A stretch of DNA of 64,000 bases, from contig JAKARV010000009.1 in assembly GCA_021819205.1 (NCBI GenBank), forward strand, positions 2,880 through 66,879, in the 5' to 3' direction. Origin of the DNA: Actinomycetes bacterium (lineage in GTDB: Bacteria; Actinomycetota; Acidimicrobiia; Acidimicrobiales; Acidimicrobiaceae). Position 1 is the stretch's first letter. The number at the start of each line of letters is the position of its first letter. Shown here in pieces: positions 44,600-53,946 of the stretch. The notes beneath the pieces are model-generated. The model was not told the DNA's origin. It ran no database searches and saw only the letters and a program-made list of their open reading frames with translations. A program made the position numbers and the translations under genes.

Positions 44600-45448
44600 A
44601 TGGTGGGGAAGCGCGTTGGAGTGGTTGGTGGCGGGACGATGGGTTCCGGCATCGCCGAGGCGTGCATCCGTTCGGGCTTCTCGGTCATGCTGCGGGTCAG
44701 GACAGAGCGGAGCGAGCAGGCGGCCAGGGCTTACGTGCTGCGCACGCTCGCTCGAGACCTGGAGCGCGGGAAGATCGATCGCAAAGCCCACGACGCCGCT
44801 ATCGAGCGGCTTACCGTCACCACCAAGCTCGAGGATCTCGCCGAATGCGATCTGGTCATCGAGTCGGTGGTCGAGGACCTGTCGGTTAAGCGCCACCTCT
44901 TTGCCGAACTAGACCGGCTGCTCGCTCCAGATGCGCTGCTCGCTACCAACACATCGACGCTTGCCGTTGCTTCACTCGCGGCAGCGACCAAGCGCCCGGA
45001 GAAGGTGGTTGGGATCCACTTCTTCAACCCGGTTTCGCGGCTCTCGCTGGTGGAGGTGGTTCGAACCCTGGTGGTATCGGAGGAGACCGTCGAGAGGGCA
45101 TCAGCCTTTGCACGAAGCCTCGGCAAGGAGCCGATAACGGTTGCAGACGAGGCTGGGTTCGTGGTGAACGCGTTGCTCTTCCCCTACCTCAACAGCGCGG
45201 TGAAATTGCTCGAACGCCATGTGGCGTCGATGGAGGATATCGACCGCGCCATGAAGCTCGGATGCAACTTTCCGATTGGGCCATTTGCGCTTCTTGATCT
45301 GGTCGGGCTCGATGTCGCCCAAGCGATCTTGGGCGAACTCTACCAGGAGTCCGGAGACCCGGCGGTGCTGGCCGCTCCGACGATCAAGCGGATGTGCGCC
45401 GCCGGCTATCTTGGCAAAAAGACTGGTCGGGGTTTTTACACCTACTAG
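44600..45448 (+). CDS. 3-hydroxyacyl/3-hydroxybutyryl-CoA dehydrogenase
   Basis: VGVVGGGTMGSGIA Rossmann start, HFFNP motif and C-terminal GKKTGRGFY. Internal Met at 44600. Confidence 0.85.
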   Translation: MVGKRVGVVGGGTMGSGIAEACIRSGFSVMLRVRTERSEQAARAYVLRTLARDLERGKIDRKAHDAAIERLTVTTKLEDLAECDLVIESVVEDLSVKRHLFAELDRLLAPDALLATNTSTLAVASLAAATKRPEKVVGIHFFNPVSRLSLVEVVRTLVVSEETVERASAFARSLGKEPITVADEAGFVVNALLFPYLNSAVKLLERHVASMEDIDRAMKLGCNFPIGPFALLDLVGLDVAQAILGELYQESGDPAVLAAPTIKRMCAAGYLGKKTGRGFYTY

Positions 45449-45459
45449 AACGGGTTAGT

Positions 45460-47451
45460 ATGGCGAGGCTTGCGCGTCCCGATCGCGAATGGATGATGAG
45501 GACTTACGCCGGACATTCGTCCGCACGGGCCAGCAACGCCCTCTTCCGCTCGAACTTGGCAAAAGGCCAGACCGGCCTGTCTGTCGCCTTCGACCTGCCG
45601 ACCCAACTTGGCTACGACCCGGACTTTCCGCAGGCGCGGTCGGAGGTCGGGAAGGTAGGGGTTGCGGTCTCCCATCTTGGCCACGTCCGGGAGCTTTTTG
45701 CCGGGATTCCCCTTGACGCGATGAACACCTCGATGACCATTAACGCCACCGCTCCCTGGCTCTTCTCCCTCTACCTTGCGCTCGCCTCCGAGCAGGGGGT
45801 CGAGCACCGGACCCTCGCGGGAACCACCCAGAACGACATCGTCAAGGAGTACCTCTCCAGAGGTACCTTCATCTTTCCCCCAGAGCCATCGAAACGGCTA
45901 ACTGTCGATTTGATCTGTTACTCGGTGAAGCACGTTCCAAAGTGGAACCCGATCAACGTCTGCAGCTATCACCTCCAGGAGGCTGGCGCGACTCCTGTCC
46001 AGGAGGTTGCCTACGCCCTCGCGACCGCGATTGGCGTTCTCGACGCCGTGAAGGCGTCGGGACAGGTAGACGAGAAAGAGTTTGCCAGCGTTGTAGGAAG
46101 GGTCTCCTTTTTCGTCAACTCCGGAACCCGCATCGTTACCGAGATCTCCAAGATGCGCGCCTTCACCCGGCTGTGGGATCGGATCTGCTTCGAACGGTAC
46201 GGTATCGGGGATCCGAACCTGCGCCGGTTCCGCTACGGCGTCCAGGTCAACTCGCTGGGCCTTACCGAGGTCCAACCGGAGAATAACGTCTACCGGATCC
46301 TGCTGTCGGCGCTCGGCGTCACCATGTCGCGAGAGGCGAGGGCGAGGGCCCTCCAGCTTCCGGCGTGGAACGAGGCGATCGGGCTTCCGCGGCCATTCGA
46401 TCAGCAGTGGTCGCTCCGGGCCCAGCAGATCCTGGCTTTCGAGACCGACCTGCTCGAGTACCCGGACATCTTCGAAGGGAGCATGGTGGTCGAGGAGATC
46501 ACCGCTGGGATCTGCGAAGACGCTATGGCCGAAGTAACCCGAATTGTCGAAGCCGGTGGGGTTTTCGCCCAGATCGAAGAGCTCAAGACCGAGCTGGTAC
46601 GGGCGCAAGCGGCCCGGACACATCAGATCGAGACCGGCGAGCAGGTGGTCGTGGGGCTGAACCGCTTTACCGAATCCGAGCAGTCTCCGCTACTCACCGC
46701 CGGTAGCCGAGCCCATTACGAGGCGGATGCGGAGGAGATCGACGGTGTTGTAGCCGCGCTTGCCAGTTTCAAGGCTTCGCGCGACCGGGTCCAGATCGAA
46801 AGGGCGCTCTCCAACCTGGCCGCCGCCGCTCGCGGTGGAGACAACATCATCCCCCCGTCGATAGAGCTGGCTCGAGCCGGAGGAACCACCCAGGAGTGGG
46901 CGGACACCTTGCGGGAGGTCTTCGGGGTGTACCGTGCCCCAACCGGTATCAAGGGAGCTCACGGAGTCCGGGGGGAGCACCTATCGTTGATCGCGAGCCG
47001 GGTCGCGAGGCTTCCCGGCGGACCGGCGCGCCTGCTTGTTGCCAAGCCGGGCATGGATGGCCACTCCAACGGAGCCGAGCAGATCGCCGCCGCCGCGCGT
47101 GATTCCGGTTTCGAAGTCATCTACCAGGGCATCAGGCAGAGCCCGGCGGAGATCGCCGCCGCCGCCCGCGATGAGGATGTGGATCTTATCGGGCTTTCGA
47201 TCCTCTCCGGTTCCCACGAGCGCCTGATCGCCGAGGTGATGGAGGAGCTTGCCGGCGCGGGGGTGAGCGCGCCGGTGGTCGTTGGTGGTATCATTCCGGC
47301 TGACGACGCCGTCCGGCTCAAGTTGCTTGGCGTGCGGGCGGTCTACACCCCGCGGGACTACCAGATAGCCGGAATCATGGCCGATTTGGCCAGGCTGGCC
47401 GAAAACCAGCGATTATCTGCTCAAGATCCAGGCCAGCAGGTCGAATGGTAA
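45460..47451 (+). CDS. Methylmalonyl-CoA mutase family protein (catalytic barrel + B12-binding domain on one chain)
   Basis: RTYAGHSSA and TQNDIVKEYLSRGTFIFP retain the Tyr and Arg that I recall distinguishing MCM from isobutyryl-CoA mutase. C-terminal GMDGHSNG is the DxHxxG-type B12 motif. Confidence 0.85.
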   Translation: MARLARPDREWMMRTYAGHSSARASNALFRSNLAKGQTGLSVAFDLPTQLGYDPDFPQARSEVGKVGVAVSHLGHVRELFAGIPLDAMNTSMTINATAPWLFSLYLALASEQGVEHRTLAGTTQNDIVKEYLSRGTFIFPPEPSKRLTVDLICYSVKHVPKWNPINVCSYHLQEAGATPVQEVAYALATAIGVLDAVKASGQVDEKEFASVVGRVSFFVNSGTRIVTEISKMRAFTRLWDRICFERYGIGDPNLRRFRYGVQVNSLGLTEVQPENNVYRILLSALGVTMSREARARALQLPAWNEAIGLPRPFDQQWSLRAQQILAFETDLLEYPDIFEGSMVVEEITAGICEDAMAEVTRIVEAGGVFAQIEELKTELVRAQAARTHQIETGEQVVVGLNRFTESEQSPLLTAGSRAHYEADAEEIDGVVAALASFKASRDRVQIERALSNLAAAARGGDNIIPPSIELARAGGTTQEWADTLREVFGVYRAPTGIKGAHGVRGEHLSLIASRVARLPGGPARLLVAKPGMDGHSNGAEQIAAAARDSGFEVIYQGIRQSPAEIAAAARDEDVDLIGLSILSGSHERLIAEVMEELAGAGVSAPVVVGGIIPADDAVRLKLLGVRAVYTPRDYQIAGIMADLARLAENQRLSAQDPGQQVEW

Positions 47452-48146
47452 GCATGCGACTTCGGGGGTTGGTATCTCTAGGAATCGGTTTGGCGGGCGT
47501 TGCCCTGGCAGCACTCGGCTATCACGAGCAGCAGGCGATCGAGGGGTTGGGAGGGTCTGTAGTGGGGTTCTTGGCTGTAGTTCTTTCACTGGCGTCGAAG
47601 GAGCGCAAGGAGGAGGTGGTCTTTGCCGCGGAAACGGTCGCAGATGCCGAGCCGGTGGATCCGATCACTGATCCTTTGACTGGCCTTCTGAACGACATCT
47701 TCTTCTCCGGCCTGCTCGGCACCAAAGTGGCGACGGCGAGGCGTCGGCTGTGGCCGCTTAGCATCGTTCTGCTTCAGCTGGTGATCGCCACCGACGACGA
47801 TGCCGCCATTGATTCGGCCGTCTACGAGTTTTCGAACATCGTCCGCACCACCATTCGGACTGCCGACGTTGCTTGCCGCGTGGGCGCCCGCACTTTCGGG
47901 CTTCTTCTCGACGATACCGACGAGGACGGGGCTGCATGGGTGGCCGAGCGGATCCAGATCGCCCAGGCTCGCCGGGCCGATAACTCGGTAGTGAAGGTGT
48001 GTGCCGGGGTCTCCAGCTATCCGAGCCACGGGATCGAGCCCGAGGAGTTGATGACCACGGCAAAAGAGGCCCTCCGCAGGTCGATGGAGGAGGTCGAGAC
48101 TCCTGGTCTCGGCAAGGTGATCGTTGCTCCGCAGCGGCCGCTCTGA
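47445..48146 (+). CDS. Membrane-anchored GGDEF-domain protein with degenerate active site (GARTF) and retained RxxD I-site
   Basis: 233 aa, two N-terminal TM helices. DPLTGLLN start of the GGDEF fold. IRTADVACRVGARTFGLLL occupies the place of RxxD-x5-GGDEF. Confidence 0.7.
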   Translation: MVSMRLRGLVSLGIGLAGVALAALGYHEQQAIEGLGGSVVGFLAVVLSLASKERKEEVVFAAETVADAEPVDPITDPLTGLLNDIFFSGLLGTKVATARRRLWPLSIVLLQLVIATDDDAAIDSAVYEFSNIVRTTIRTADVACRVGARTFGLLLDDTDEDGAAWVAERIQIAQARRADNSVVKVCAGVSSYPSHGIEPEELMTTAKEALRRSMEEVETPGLGKVIVAPQRPL

Positions 48147-48310
48147 CGCTTGCCCGTACTGGAACGGGCCCGGCGGACAATTCTGGGAGCCAACTTAAAT
48201 TTTTTGACCGGCCGACCAGCACGGTTGGCGTTTCTGGATGCACTGGCGGTCACGGCCCGGGTGGTTCTCTGTTAGTGTCTACTGGGACGTGCTGAAGTAG
48301 TCTGGCGCGA

Positions 48311-49576
48311 GTGCCGGGCAAACACGGTAGGAGGGTCTTGGATTTGAGGCGGTTGTCGAGGGCAGCGGTCAGCCGGGGGGCTGTGGTTCCCCTGATCGCG
48401 GCGCTCGTGGCCGCCGGAACCGGGACAAGCTGGACGCCCTCGAGTAGCCAGATTCAGGATGCCAAGGCGCAGGCGGCGGCGCTCACCGCCAAACTGGCTC
48501 AGCTTCGGGCCGAGACGCAAGCCGCGGCGTTAAGTTACCAGACGGCACAGCTGCAGGTACAACAGACGCAGGCGAATATCGCTGCAACCAGGACCAAAGT
48601 AGCGGCCGAGCAGACCCGGCTCAAGCTGCTGCGGAAGCAGGTCTCCGCCGAGGCGCTCAACCTTTTCGAGCAGTCCGGCTCCACCGCTCCGTTTCTTGCG
48701 ATTATGCAAGGGGGGGCGAACAGCGCCGCGATCGTGCAGGAAGACGTCTCCACCGCCTCGTCCATCCAGCAGCAGGCGGTCACCAGCTACCAGATGGTTA
48801 AGCAGCAGCTCCAGTCGCAGCTGCTCCAGTTGGGTTCGCTCGAGAAGCAGCAGCAGGCGGCGGTGAAGGTCGCAGCTCAAGACCAGGCGAACATTCAAGC
48901 GAACGTGAACCAGGCCCAGTCCCAGCTCGCCTCGGCCAACCAGCAGGTGGCCCAGTTGGTCGCTCAGCAACAGGCCGCGGCGGCACAAGCGGCGGCACAA
49001 GCAGCAGCCCAGGCCGCGGCGGCCGCGGCGGCACAAGCGGCGGCACAAGCAGCAGCCCAGGCGGCACCACCACCACCGCAGGCCCAAGTACCAGTTTCGA
49101 ACTCCGGCTACGCCAACCCCTTCCGCGCTATCGGGAATCTTCAGCCTGAGCGCATTGACCAAGGGGTGGATTTTGCTGGTAACGGACCGGTGTACGCGAT
49201 CGGTACTGGAGTGGTTATCAACATCAGCAATTCAGGTTGGCCGTATGGGAACTATATCACCTACCGGCTCACCAGCGGTCCTGCCTCAGGGGACGTAGTT
49301 TATATTGCCGAGGACATATCTCCTCAGGTCCAGCCTGGTGAGACCGTGGGTCCCAATACTGTAATCGGATACATGGGGCAAGGCGGGATCGAGACCGGAT
49401 GGGCAAATCCGGCTGGTGACGGCACCACGATGGCGGCGATCAGCGGCGAGTGGCCGGTGAATGCATCGACCGGGTTTGGTTATAACTTTTCCCAACTCCT
49501 ATCCAGTTTGGGAAGTCCTGGCGGATACGTACAAAACTATGTTTATGGGGGAGCTCCCGGCTTTCCGGCATGGTAA
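48311..49576 (+). CDS. Secreted coiled-coil protein with C-terminal degenerate LytM (M23-like) domain, EnvC-like architecture
   Basis: 421 aa. N-terminal anchor/signal and a long Q/A-rich coiled coil. In the C-terminal LytM-like fold the metal ligands are replaced (DQGVDF for HxxxD; IAED and GGIETG for the His motifs). Confidence 0.65.
   Translation: MPGKHGRRVLDLRRLSRAAVSRGAVVPLIAALVAAGTGTSWTPSSSQIQDAKAQAAALTAKLAQLRAETQAAALSYQTAQLQVQQTQANIAATRTKVAAEQTRLKLLRKQVSAEALNLFEQSGSTAPFLAIMQGGANSAAIVQEDVSTASSIQQQAVTSYQMVKQQLQSQLLQLGSLEKQQQAAVKVAAQDQANIQANVNQAQSQLASANQQVAQLVAQQQAAAAQAAAQAAAQAAAAAAAQAAAQAAAQAAPPPPQAQVPVSNSGYANPFRAIGNLQPERIDQGVDFAGNGPVYAIGTGVVINISNSGWPYGNYITYRLTSGPASGDVVYIAEDISPQVQPGETVGPNTVIGYMGQGGIETGWANPAGDGTTMAAISGEWPVNASTGFGYNFSQLLSSLGSPGGYVQNYVYGGAPGFPAW
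48977..49062. repeat. 38-bp direct repeat x2 (period 48 bp) encoding the AAQAAAQAAAQAA low-complexity tract
   Basis: gcggcggcacaagcggcggcacaagcagcagcccaggc occurs at 48977-49014 and again at 49025-49062. Confidence 0.85.
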
Positions 49577-49589
49577 AAGCCTAACCTGG

Positions 49590-49766
49590 CTATCTAAAGC
49601 TGCTCCTTCGGTGGTGGCCCTTGGCCCACCACCGGTTCTGGAAGCGCCAGCTGGCTGGATCCTGCCGAGGAAAAGCCTCCTCGCCGGTTGTGGTTTTCTC
49701 GGCGGCCAGGATCGCCACAGCCGCGGCAACAGCGGCCACCGCCTCCTCTTCGGTGATCCGGATCAC
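49590..49766 (-). CDS. Acyl-CoA carboxylase epsilon subunit (AccE-like), 58 aa
   Basis: [23 protein letters not shown]...WRFQNRWW resembles actinobacterial epsilon subunits. GTGA overlap with the beta-subunit stop. In the ORF track it is hidden in the tail of a 307-aa shadow ORF. Confidence 0.6.
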   Translation of the reverse strand: MIRITEEEAVAAVAAAVAILAAEKTTTGEEAFPRQDPASWRFQNRWWAKGHHRRSSFR

Positions 49767-51322
49767 AGCGGGATGTTCCCGTGCTTGCGGCGGGGGATGT
49801 CCTCCTGTTTTGAGCCAAGCATCGCAAGCGCCGCGATCAACACCGCCCTCGTCTCCGCCGGGTCGATGACGTCGTCGATGTACCCGCGTTCGGCGGCGAT
49901 GTACGGATTGGCGTATCGCTCGGTGTACTCGTCGATCAGCTCCTGCCGGCGCAGCGTTGGATCCGCCGCCGAGGCGAGTTCCCGCCGGTGGATCACCTCG
50001 ACGGCTCCCTGCGGGCCCATCACCGCCAGTTCGGCCGATGGCCAGGCGAAGGCGAAGTCCGCTCCGATCGACTTGGAGTTCATCACCACGTAGGCGCCGC
50101 CGTAGGCCTTCCTGGTGATTACCTGGATCCGGGGAACCGACGCCTCGGAGAAGGCGTAGAGAAGCTTGGCGCCGTGGCGGATGATCCCGCCGTACTCCTG
50201 ATCGATCCCGGGAAGGAAGCCGGGCACGTCGACCAGCGTGATAAGCGGTATGTTGAAGGCGTCGCAGGTCCTCACGAAGCGGGCCCCCTTCTCGGAGGAG
50301 TCGATGTCGAGGACTCCGGCGAGCACGGCTGGCTGGTTGCCGATTACCCCGACCACCTTTCCGTCCATCCGGGCAAAGCCGCAGGTGATGTTGCGGGCCC
50401 AGTGAGGGAAGTACTCCAGGTACTCCTGGTCGTCGACGATCTCGGTGATGACGTTCTTCATGTCGTAGGGCTGGTTGGATGAGGATGGTATCAGCTCGCG
50501 GAGCGCCAGGCACGTCCGGTTGGGATCGTCCGCCGAGAGCCGGGAGGGCGGCATCTCCATGTTGTTCGATGGAAGGAACTCCAGCAGGTACTTCACTTCG
50601 TCGAGGCAGGACTTTTCGTCGTGGAGGACGAAGGAGGCGACGCCGGACTTGGTGGCGTGGCTCATGGCGCCGCCAAGCTCCTCAAGGGTCACCTCCTCGC
50701 CGGTGACCGTCTTGACGACGTCGGGTCCGGTGATGAACATGTGGGAGGTGTTTTGGACCATGAAGATGAAGTCGGTCATGGCCGGCGAGTACACCGCCCC
50801 TCCGGCGCACGGGCCAAGAATCACGCTGATCTGGGGGATGACGCCGGAGCTGGCCACGTTCCGGCGGAAGATGCCGCCGTACGAGTGGAGGGAGACCACC
50901 CCCTCTTGGATCCGGGCGCCGGCTCCATCGTTGAGGCCGATCATCGGGACGCCAACCGATGCGGCAAGGTCCATCACCTTGTGGATCTTTTCGGCAAACA
51001 CCTCGCCGAGAGCTCCGCCAAAGACGGTGAAGTCCTGCGAGAAGAGGCAGACCCTTCGGCCGCCGATGGTGCCGAAGCCGGTGATGACTCCGTCGGTGTA
51101 GGGGCGATTCTTCTCCAGGCCCATTCCGTTTGCGCGATGGCGGGCGAGGAGGTCGAGTTCCTGAAAGGAGCCCGGGTCGAGGAGGTATTCGATCCGCTCG
51201 CGTGCGGTCATCTTCCCCTTGGCGTGGTGCTTGGCCACCGCCGCTTCGGAGCCGGCGTGGTACGCCTGCTCCCGCCGCTCCCGCAGCTCTTCCAGCCGTT
51301 TCGACATAGGGTGATCGGTCAT
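49763..51322 (-). CDS. Acyl-CoA (propionyl-CoA) carboxylase beta subunit / carboxyltransferase
   Basis: 519 aa. Conserved along its whole length to the AccD5/PccB type ([35 protein letters not shown]). Confidence 0.9.
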   Translation of the reverse strand: MTDHPMSKRLEELRERREQAYHAGSEAAVAKHHAKGKMTARERIEYLLDPGSFQELDLLARHRANGMGLEKNRPYTDGVITGFGTIGGRRVCLFSQDFTVFGGALGEVFAEKIHKVMDLAASVGVPMIGLNDGAGARIQEGVVSLHSYGGIFRRNVASSGVIPQISVILGPCAGGAVYSPAMTDFIFMVQNTSHMFITGPDVVKTVTGEEVTLEELGGAMSHATKSGVASFVLHDEKSCLDEVKYLLEFLPSNNMEMPPSRLSADDPNRTCLALRELIPSSSNQPYDMKNVITEIVDDQEYLEYFPHWARNITCGFARMDGKVVGVIGNQPAVLAGVLDIDSSEKGARFVRTCDAFNIPLITLVDVPGFLPGIDQEYGGIIRHGAKLLYAFSEASVPRIQVITRKAYGGAYVVMNSKSIGADFAFAWPSAELAVMGPQGAVEVIHRRELASAADPTLRRQELIDEYTERYANPYIAAERGYIDDVIDPAETRAVLIAALAMLGSKQEDIPRRKHGNIPL

Positions 51323-51385
51323 AGCCTCCTAGGCTATCAGCTCGGGCTCTTCGGCAGGGAGGCGGCGGTGCAAGGGGGAGATCTT

Positions 51386-52039
51386 GTGGGGTACACGACG
51401 ACCCTCGAAGTCGACGCCGCGCTCGATCTTTACCGGCAGGGACTCTTTCCGCTCCCCGCCGGAGGAGCCTTTGCGTGGTTTTTTCCCGAGGTTCGCGCGG
51501 TGATGCGGCTTGGGCCGGAAGCGATCCCGGTCCCAACCTCGACGATCAAGCTTGCCAGCCGCTACCGGGTGGCGATCGATTCGAACCCGCTGGCCGTGGT
51601 GGAGGCGTGCGCCGGCACTCCCCGTCCCGGCGGTTGGATCGATGATGAGATGATCGGCTTCTACAAGGGGGCGATCCGGGCTGGGCACCTCCACTCGGTG
51701 GAGGTGTACGACGACGGAGATCTTGCAGGCGGTCTATTTGGGATCACAACCGGTGGTGTCTTCTGCGGAGAGTCGATGTTCCATGCCGCGCCCAATACCT
51801 CGAAGTTGGCGCTGGCGGTGCTGGCCGCAGAGGCGCGCCGCTGCGGCTACGCCCTGATCGACGGGCAGTGGATCACCAGCCACCTGATCTCCGTGGGTTT
51901 TGTAGCCGCCGACAGGAGGAGTTACCGGAGGATGCTTGCGGATGCGGCCAAAGCGTCTCCGTTGCCGCTTCCGAGTGGCCCCCTAGAGCTGGACCGTGCG
52001 CGGCTGCGAAGGCTTATCGCCCCGCTTCCGCACGCCTGA
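51386..52039 (+). CDS. aat: Leucyl/phenylalanyl-tRNA--protein transferase
   Basis: LYRQGLFP, HSVEVY..G.L.GGLFG...G.VF.GESMF motifs. GTG at 51386. The upstream part of the 472-aa track ORF is antisense to the carboxylase gene. Confidence 0.75.
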   Translation: MGYTTTLEVDAALDLYRQGLFPLPAGGAFAWFFPEVRAVMRLGPEAIPVPTSTIKLASRYRVAIDSNPLAVVEACAGTPRPGGWIDDEMIGFYKGAIRAGHLHSVEVYDDGDLAGGLFGITTGGVFCGESMFHAAPNTSKLALAVLAAEARRCGYALIDGQWITSHLISVGFVAADRRSYRRMLADAAKASPLPLPSGPLELDRARLRRLIAPLPHA

Positions 52040-52607
52040 CCGCAAACCAGGCTCCGGGAAGAAGCCCGGCGGCGATCACCATCTTCACCAGGTCGCCAAG
52101 GAGGAAGGGGAGCACGCCGAGTACGATCGCGGAGCCCAAGCCCACGTGGATGGAGAGCATGAGCCCGGTGACTCCGAAGGCGTAGATAACGATGTTCCCC
52201 AGCGCCATTGTGGTAACCATCCGGATCGGAGTACGATCCATCTTGCTCTCCGCCAGCGCCCCGACCACGAGCCCGGCGGCGATGAAGCCGACGAGGTACC
52301 CGAACGAGGGAGAGAGCGCCACCTTCACTCCACCCACCCCTCCGGCGAACCACGGCAGGCCGGCGAGCCCGGCTGCAAGGTATAGGAGAGTTCCCGCAAT
52401 CGCCCTGCGGTGGCCGAGGGCGGCGGCCCCGAGCAGGACGGCCAGGGTCTGCCCGGTAAGCGGCACCGGGGTGAAGGGGAGCGGTATCGAGATCTGGGAG
52501 AAAACTCCGATGAGTGCGGCGTAGCTTGCGACCAGGGCTATCTGGACCGGCAGCGAGTCGCTAAGCAGGTCGCTTAGAGTCTTGCGCTTCAAGGTGTGGC
52601 TATACAT
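52014..52607 (-). CDS. bioY: Biotin transporter BioY (ECF S-component)
   Basis: 197 aa, 6 TM. ISIPLPFTPVPLTGQTLAVLL and GYLVGF motifs. Confidence 0.85.
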   Translation of the reverse strand: MYSHTLKRKTLSDLLSDSLPVQIALVASYAALIGVFSQISIPLPFTPVPLTGQTLAVLLGAAALGHRRAIAGTLLYLAAGLAGLPWFAGGVGGVKVALSPSFGYLVGFIAAGLVVGALAESKMDRTPIRMVTTMALGNIVIYAFGVTGLMLSIHVGLGSAIVLGVLPFLLGDLVKMVIAAGLLPGAWFAVRRAEAGR

Positions 52608-52758
52608 TGCGCTCCTTTCGGTCCGTCCAAAGCTGGCGGTGCGATGCGTGGGTCGCCTCTTAGCTTATTGAATCCTTCACCCGGTTTCAGCCGGTGCGGG
52701 CGTGCCCGACACCCGGACCCGTTCTGGTACTCTCGAATCTGGCGAGGGGTTGGGGTGT

Positions 52759-53946
52759 ATGAGTCGCGGGCAGATCCACCGTATAGACCAGGTAGCTTCG
52801 GTGCTAGAGCGCCCTTCGGCTTCGCGGTGGGCGTGGCACCTGATGTTCGCGGCGTCGATGGCGGTGGTCATCGCCCTTACGATCGCGTATCCGTCGCCAC
52901 AAGGCAGGGACGAGACCTACCTGATCGTGTCGGTAGCCGCGATGGCGGTGGTTTGGGTGCTGCTCGGCCCCCGAGCCCTCGGCGCCGGCTCGAAACGGTG
53001 GTGGATTCCAGGAGCCCTTCTTGGCTCTGAGGCGCTGCTGCTGGCGATCGCGGTGCTCTTCAACGCCAACGCCAGCTACGCGATCATATGGCTTGCGGCG
53101 CTGGGCTACGCGCTGCTTCCGCTCCCGGTGTCGCTGGCCGGAGTGGTCGTTTACGAGATACTGATCGGTGCTGAGTCCCACTACTTCTCGGTCCCGGCGG
53201 TCCCGCTCTCCGAAGCCCTGGCCTGGATCCTGCCGGTTGCGATCTCTGGAAGCTTCATCGCCACCTTCGTCACCCGCCTGGTCGATCAGCGGAGGCAGCT
53301 CGCCGAGACCGTGGTCGAGCTCCACAACGCCCAGGGGAGGCTGTCCGACCTCTACCGGCAGATCGGGGAGCGGCGAGAGCGGGAGCGGATGGCGGAGCGG
53401 ATCCACGAGAGCATTGCCCAGCAGCTGATCGGGATCTTGCTGGTGGCGAGGGGGGCTGATGCCCGGCTAGCCGGCGAGGAACTCAAGCTGATCGCCGGCG
53501 AAGCCGAGACCGCCCTCGAGGCGGCCAGGCGGCTCATCAACAGCATCGATGGGCAAGAGGAGGGGGTAACCCTCGCTGACGTTCTCGAGGTTCAGGCGGC
53601 CCGTCTGGACGCCGCTGGCCTGATGGCCGAGGTGGTGGTCTCCGAGCTTCCCTGTCTTGACGAGGACCAGCTCGAGTGCTTGGCGGTCATCGCCAGGGAG
53701 GCGGTGACCAATATCTTGAAGCACGCCGGCGCTTCGCGTGCCTCCATAACGCTCAAGGCAAGCGAAAAAGAGGTGGAGCTTTCCATCGACGACGATGGAA
53801 AGGGGTTTGTGACCGCGAGCGCCCAGCAACCGGATCACTTCGGGCTCCGGTTGATGCGCCATCGAGTCGAGCAGTCGCTTGGTGTTCTCGAGGTCCTCTC
53901 CTCTGTCGGGTGCGGAACCAAAATCGCGGTCAGGATGCCGGTGTGA
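52759..53946 (+). CDS. Sensor histidine kinase (HisKA_3 / NarL-partner type) with polytopic N-terminus
   Basis: Multi-TM N-terminus, H-box ERIHESIAQQL and a HATPase C-terminus. The start is uncertain (52702 or 52759). Confidence 0.8.
   Translation: MSRGQIHRIDQVASVLERPSASRWAWHLMFAASMAVVIALTIAYPSPQGRDETYLIVSVAAMAVVWVLLGPRALGAGSKRWWIPGALLGSEALLLAIAVLFNANASYAIIWLAALGYALLPLPVSLAGVVVYEILIGAESHYFSVPAVPLSEALAWILPVAISGSFIATFVTRLVDQRRQLAETVVELHNAQGRLSDLYRQIGERRERERMAERIHESIAQQLIGILLVARGADARLAGEELKLIAGEAETALEAARRLINSIDGQEEGVTLADVLEVQAARLDAAGLMAEVVVSELPCLDEDQLECLAVIAREAVTNILKHAGASRASITLKASEKEVELSIDDDGKGFVTASAQQPDHFGLRLMRHRVEQSLGVLEVLSSVGCGTKIAVRMPV

Noticed and set aside
48147-48310. c-di-AMP (ydaO-type) riboswitch upstream of the LytM-like gene, as is often seen before actinobacterial wall hydrolases
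   Set aside because: I could not find the conserved ydaO sequence blocks or the pseudo-symmetric helices by eye. Only a short GCCCGT-actgga-ACGGGC hairpin (48151-48168) is present. An Infernal scan is needed before any claim.
50621-51385. N-terminal half of the 472-aa ORF containing aat
   Set aside because: This part is antisense to the acyl-CoA carboxylase beta gene and has no similarity to L/F-transferase. The conserved domain begins near the GTG at 51386.
52669-52679. BioQ/BirA-like operator TGAA-tcc-TTCA upstream of bioY
   Set aside because: Only 4-bp arms are present, which is indistinguishable from chance. No cognate regulator is nearby.
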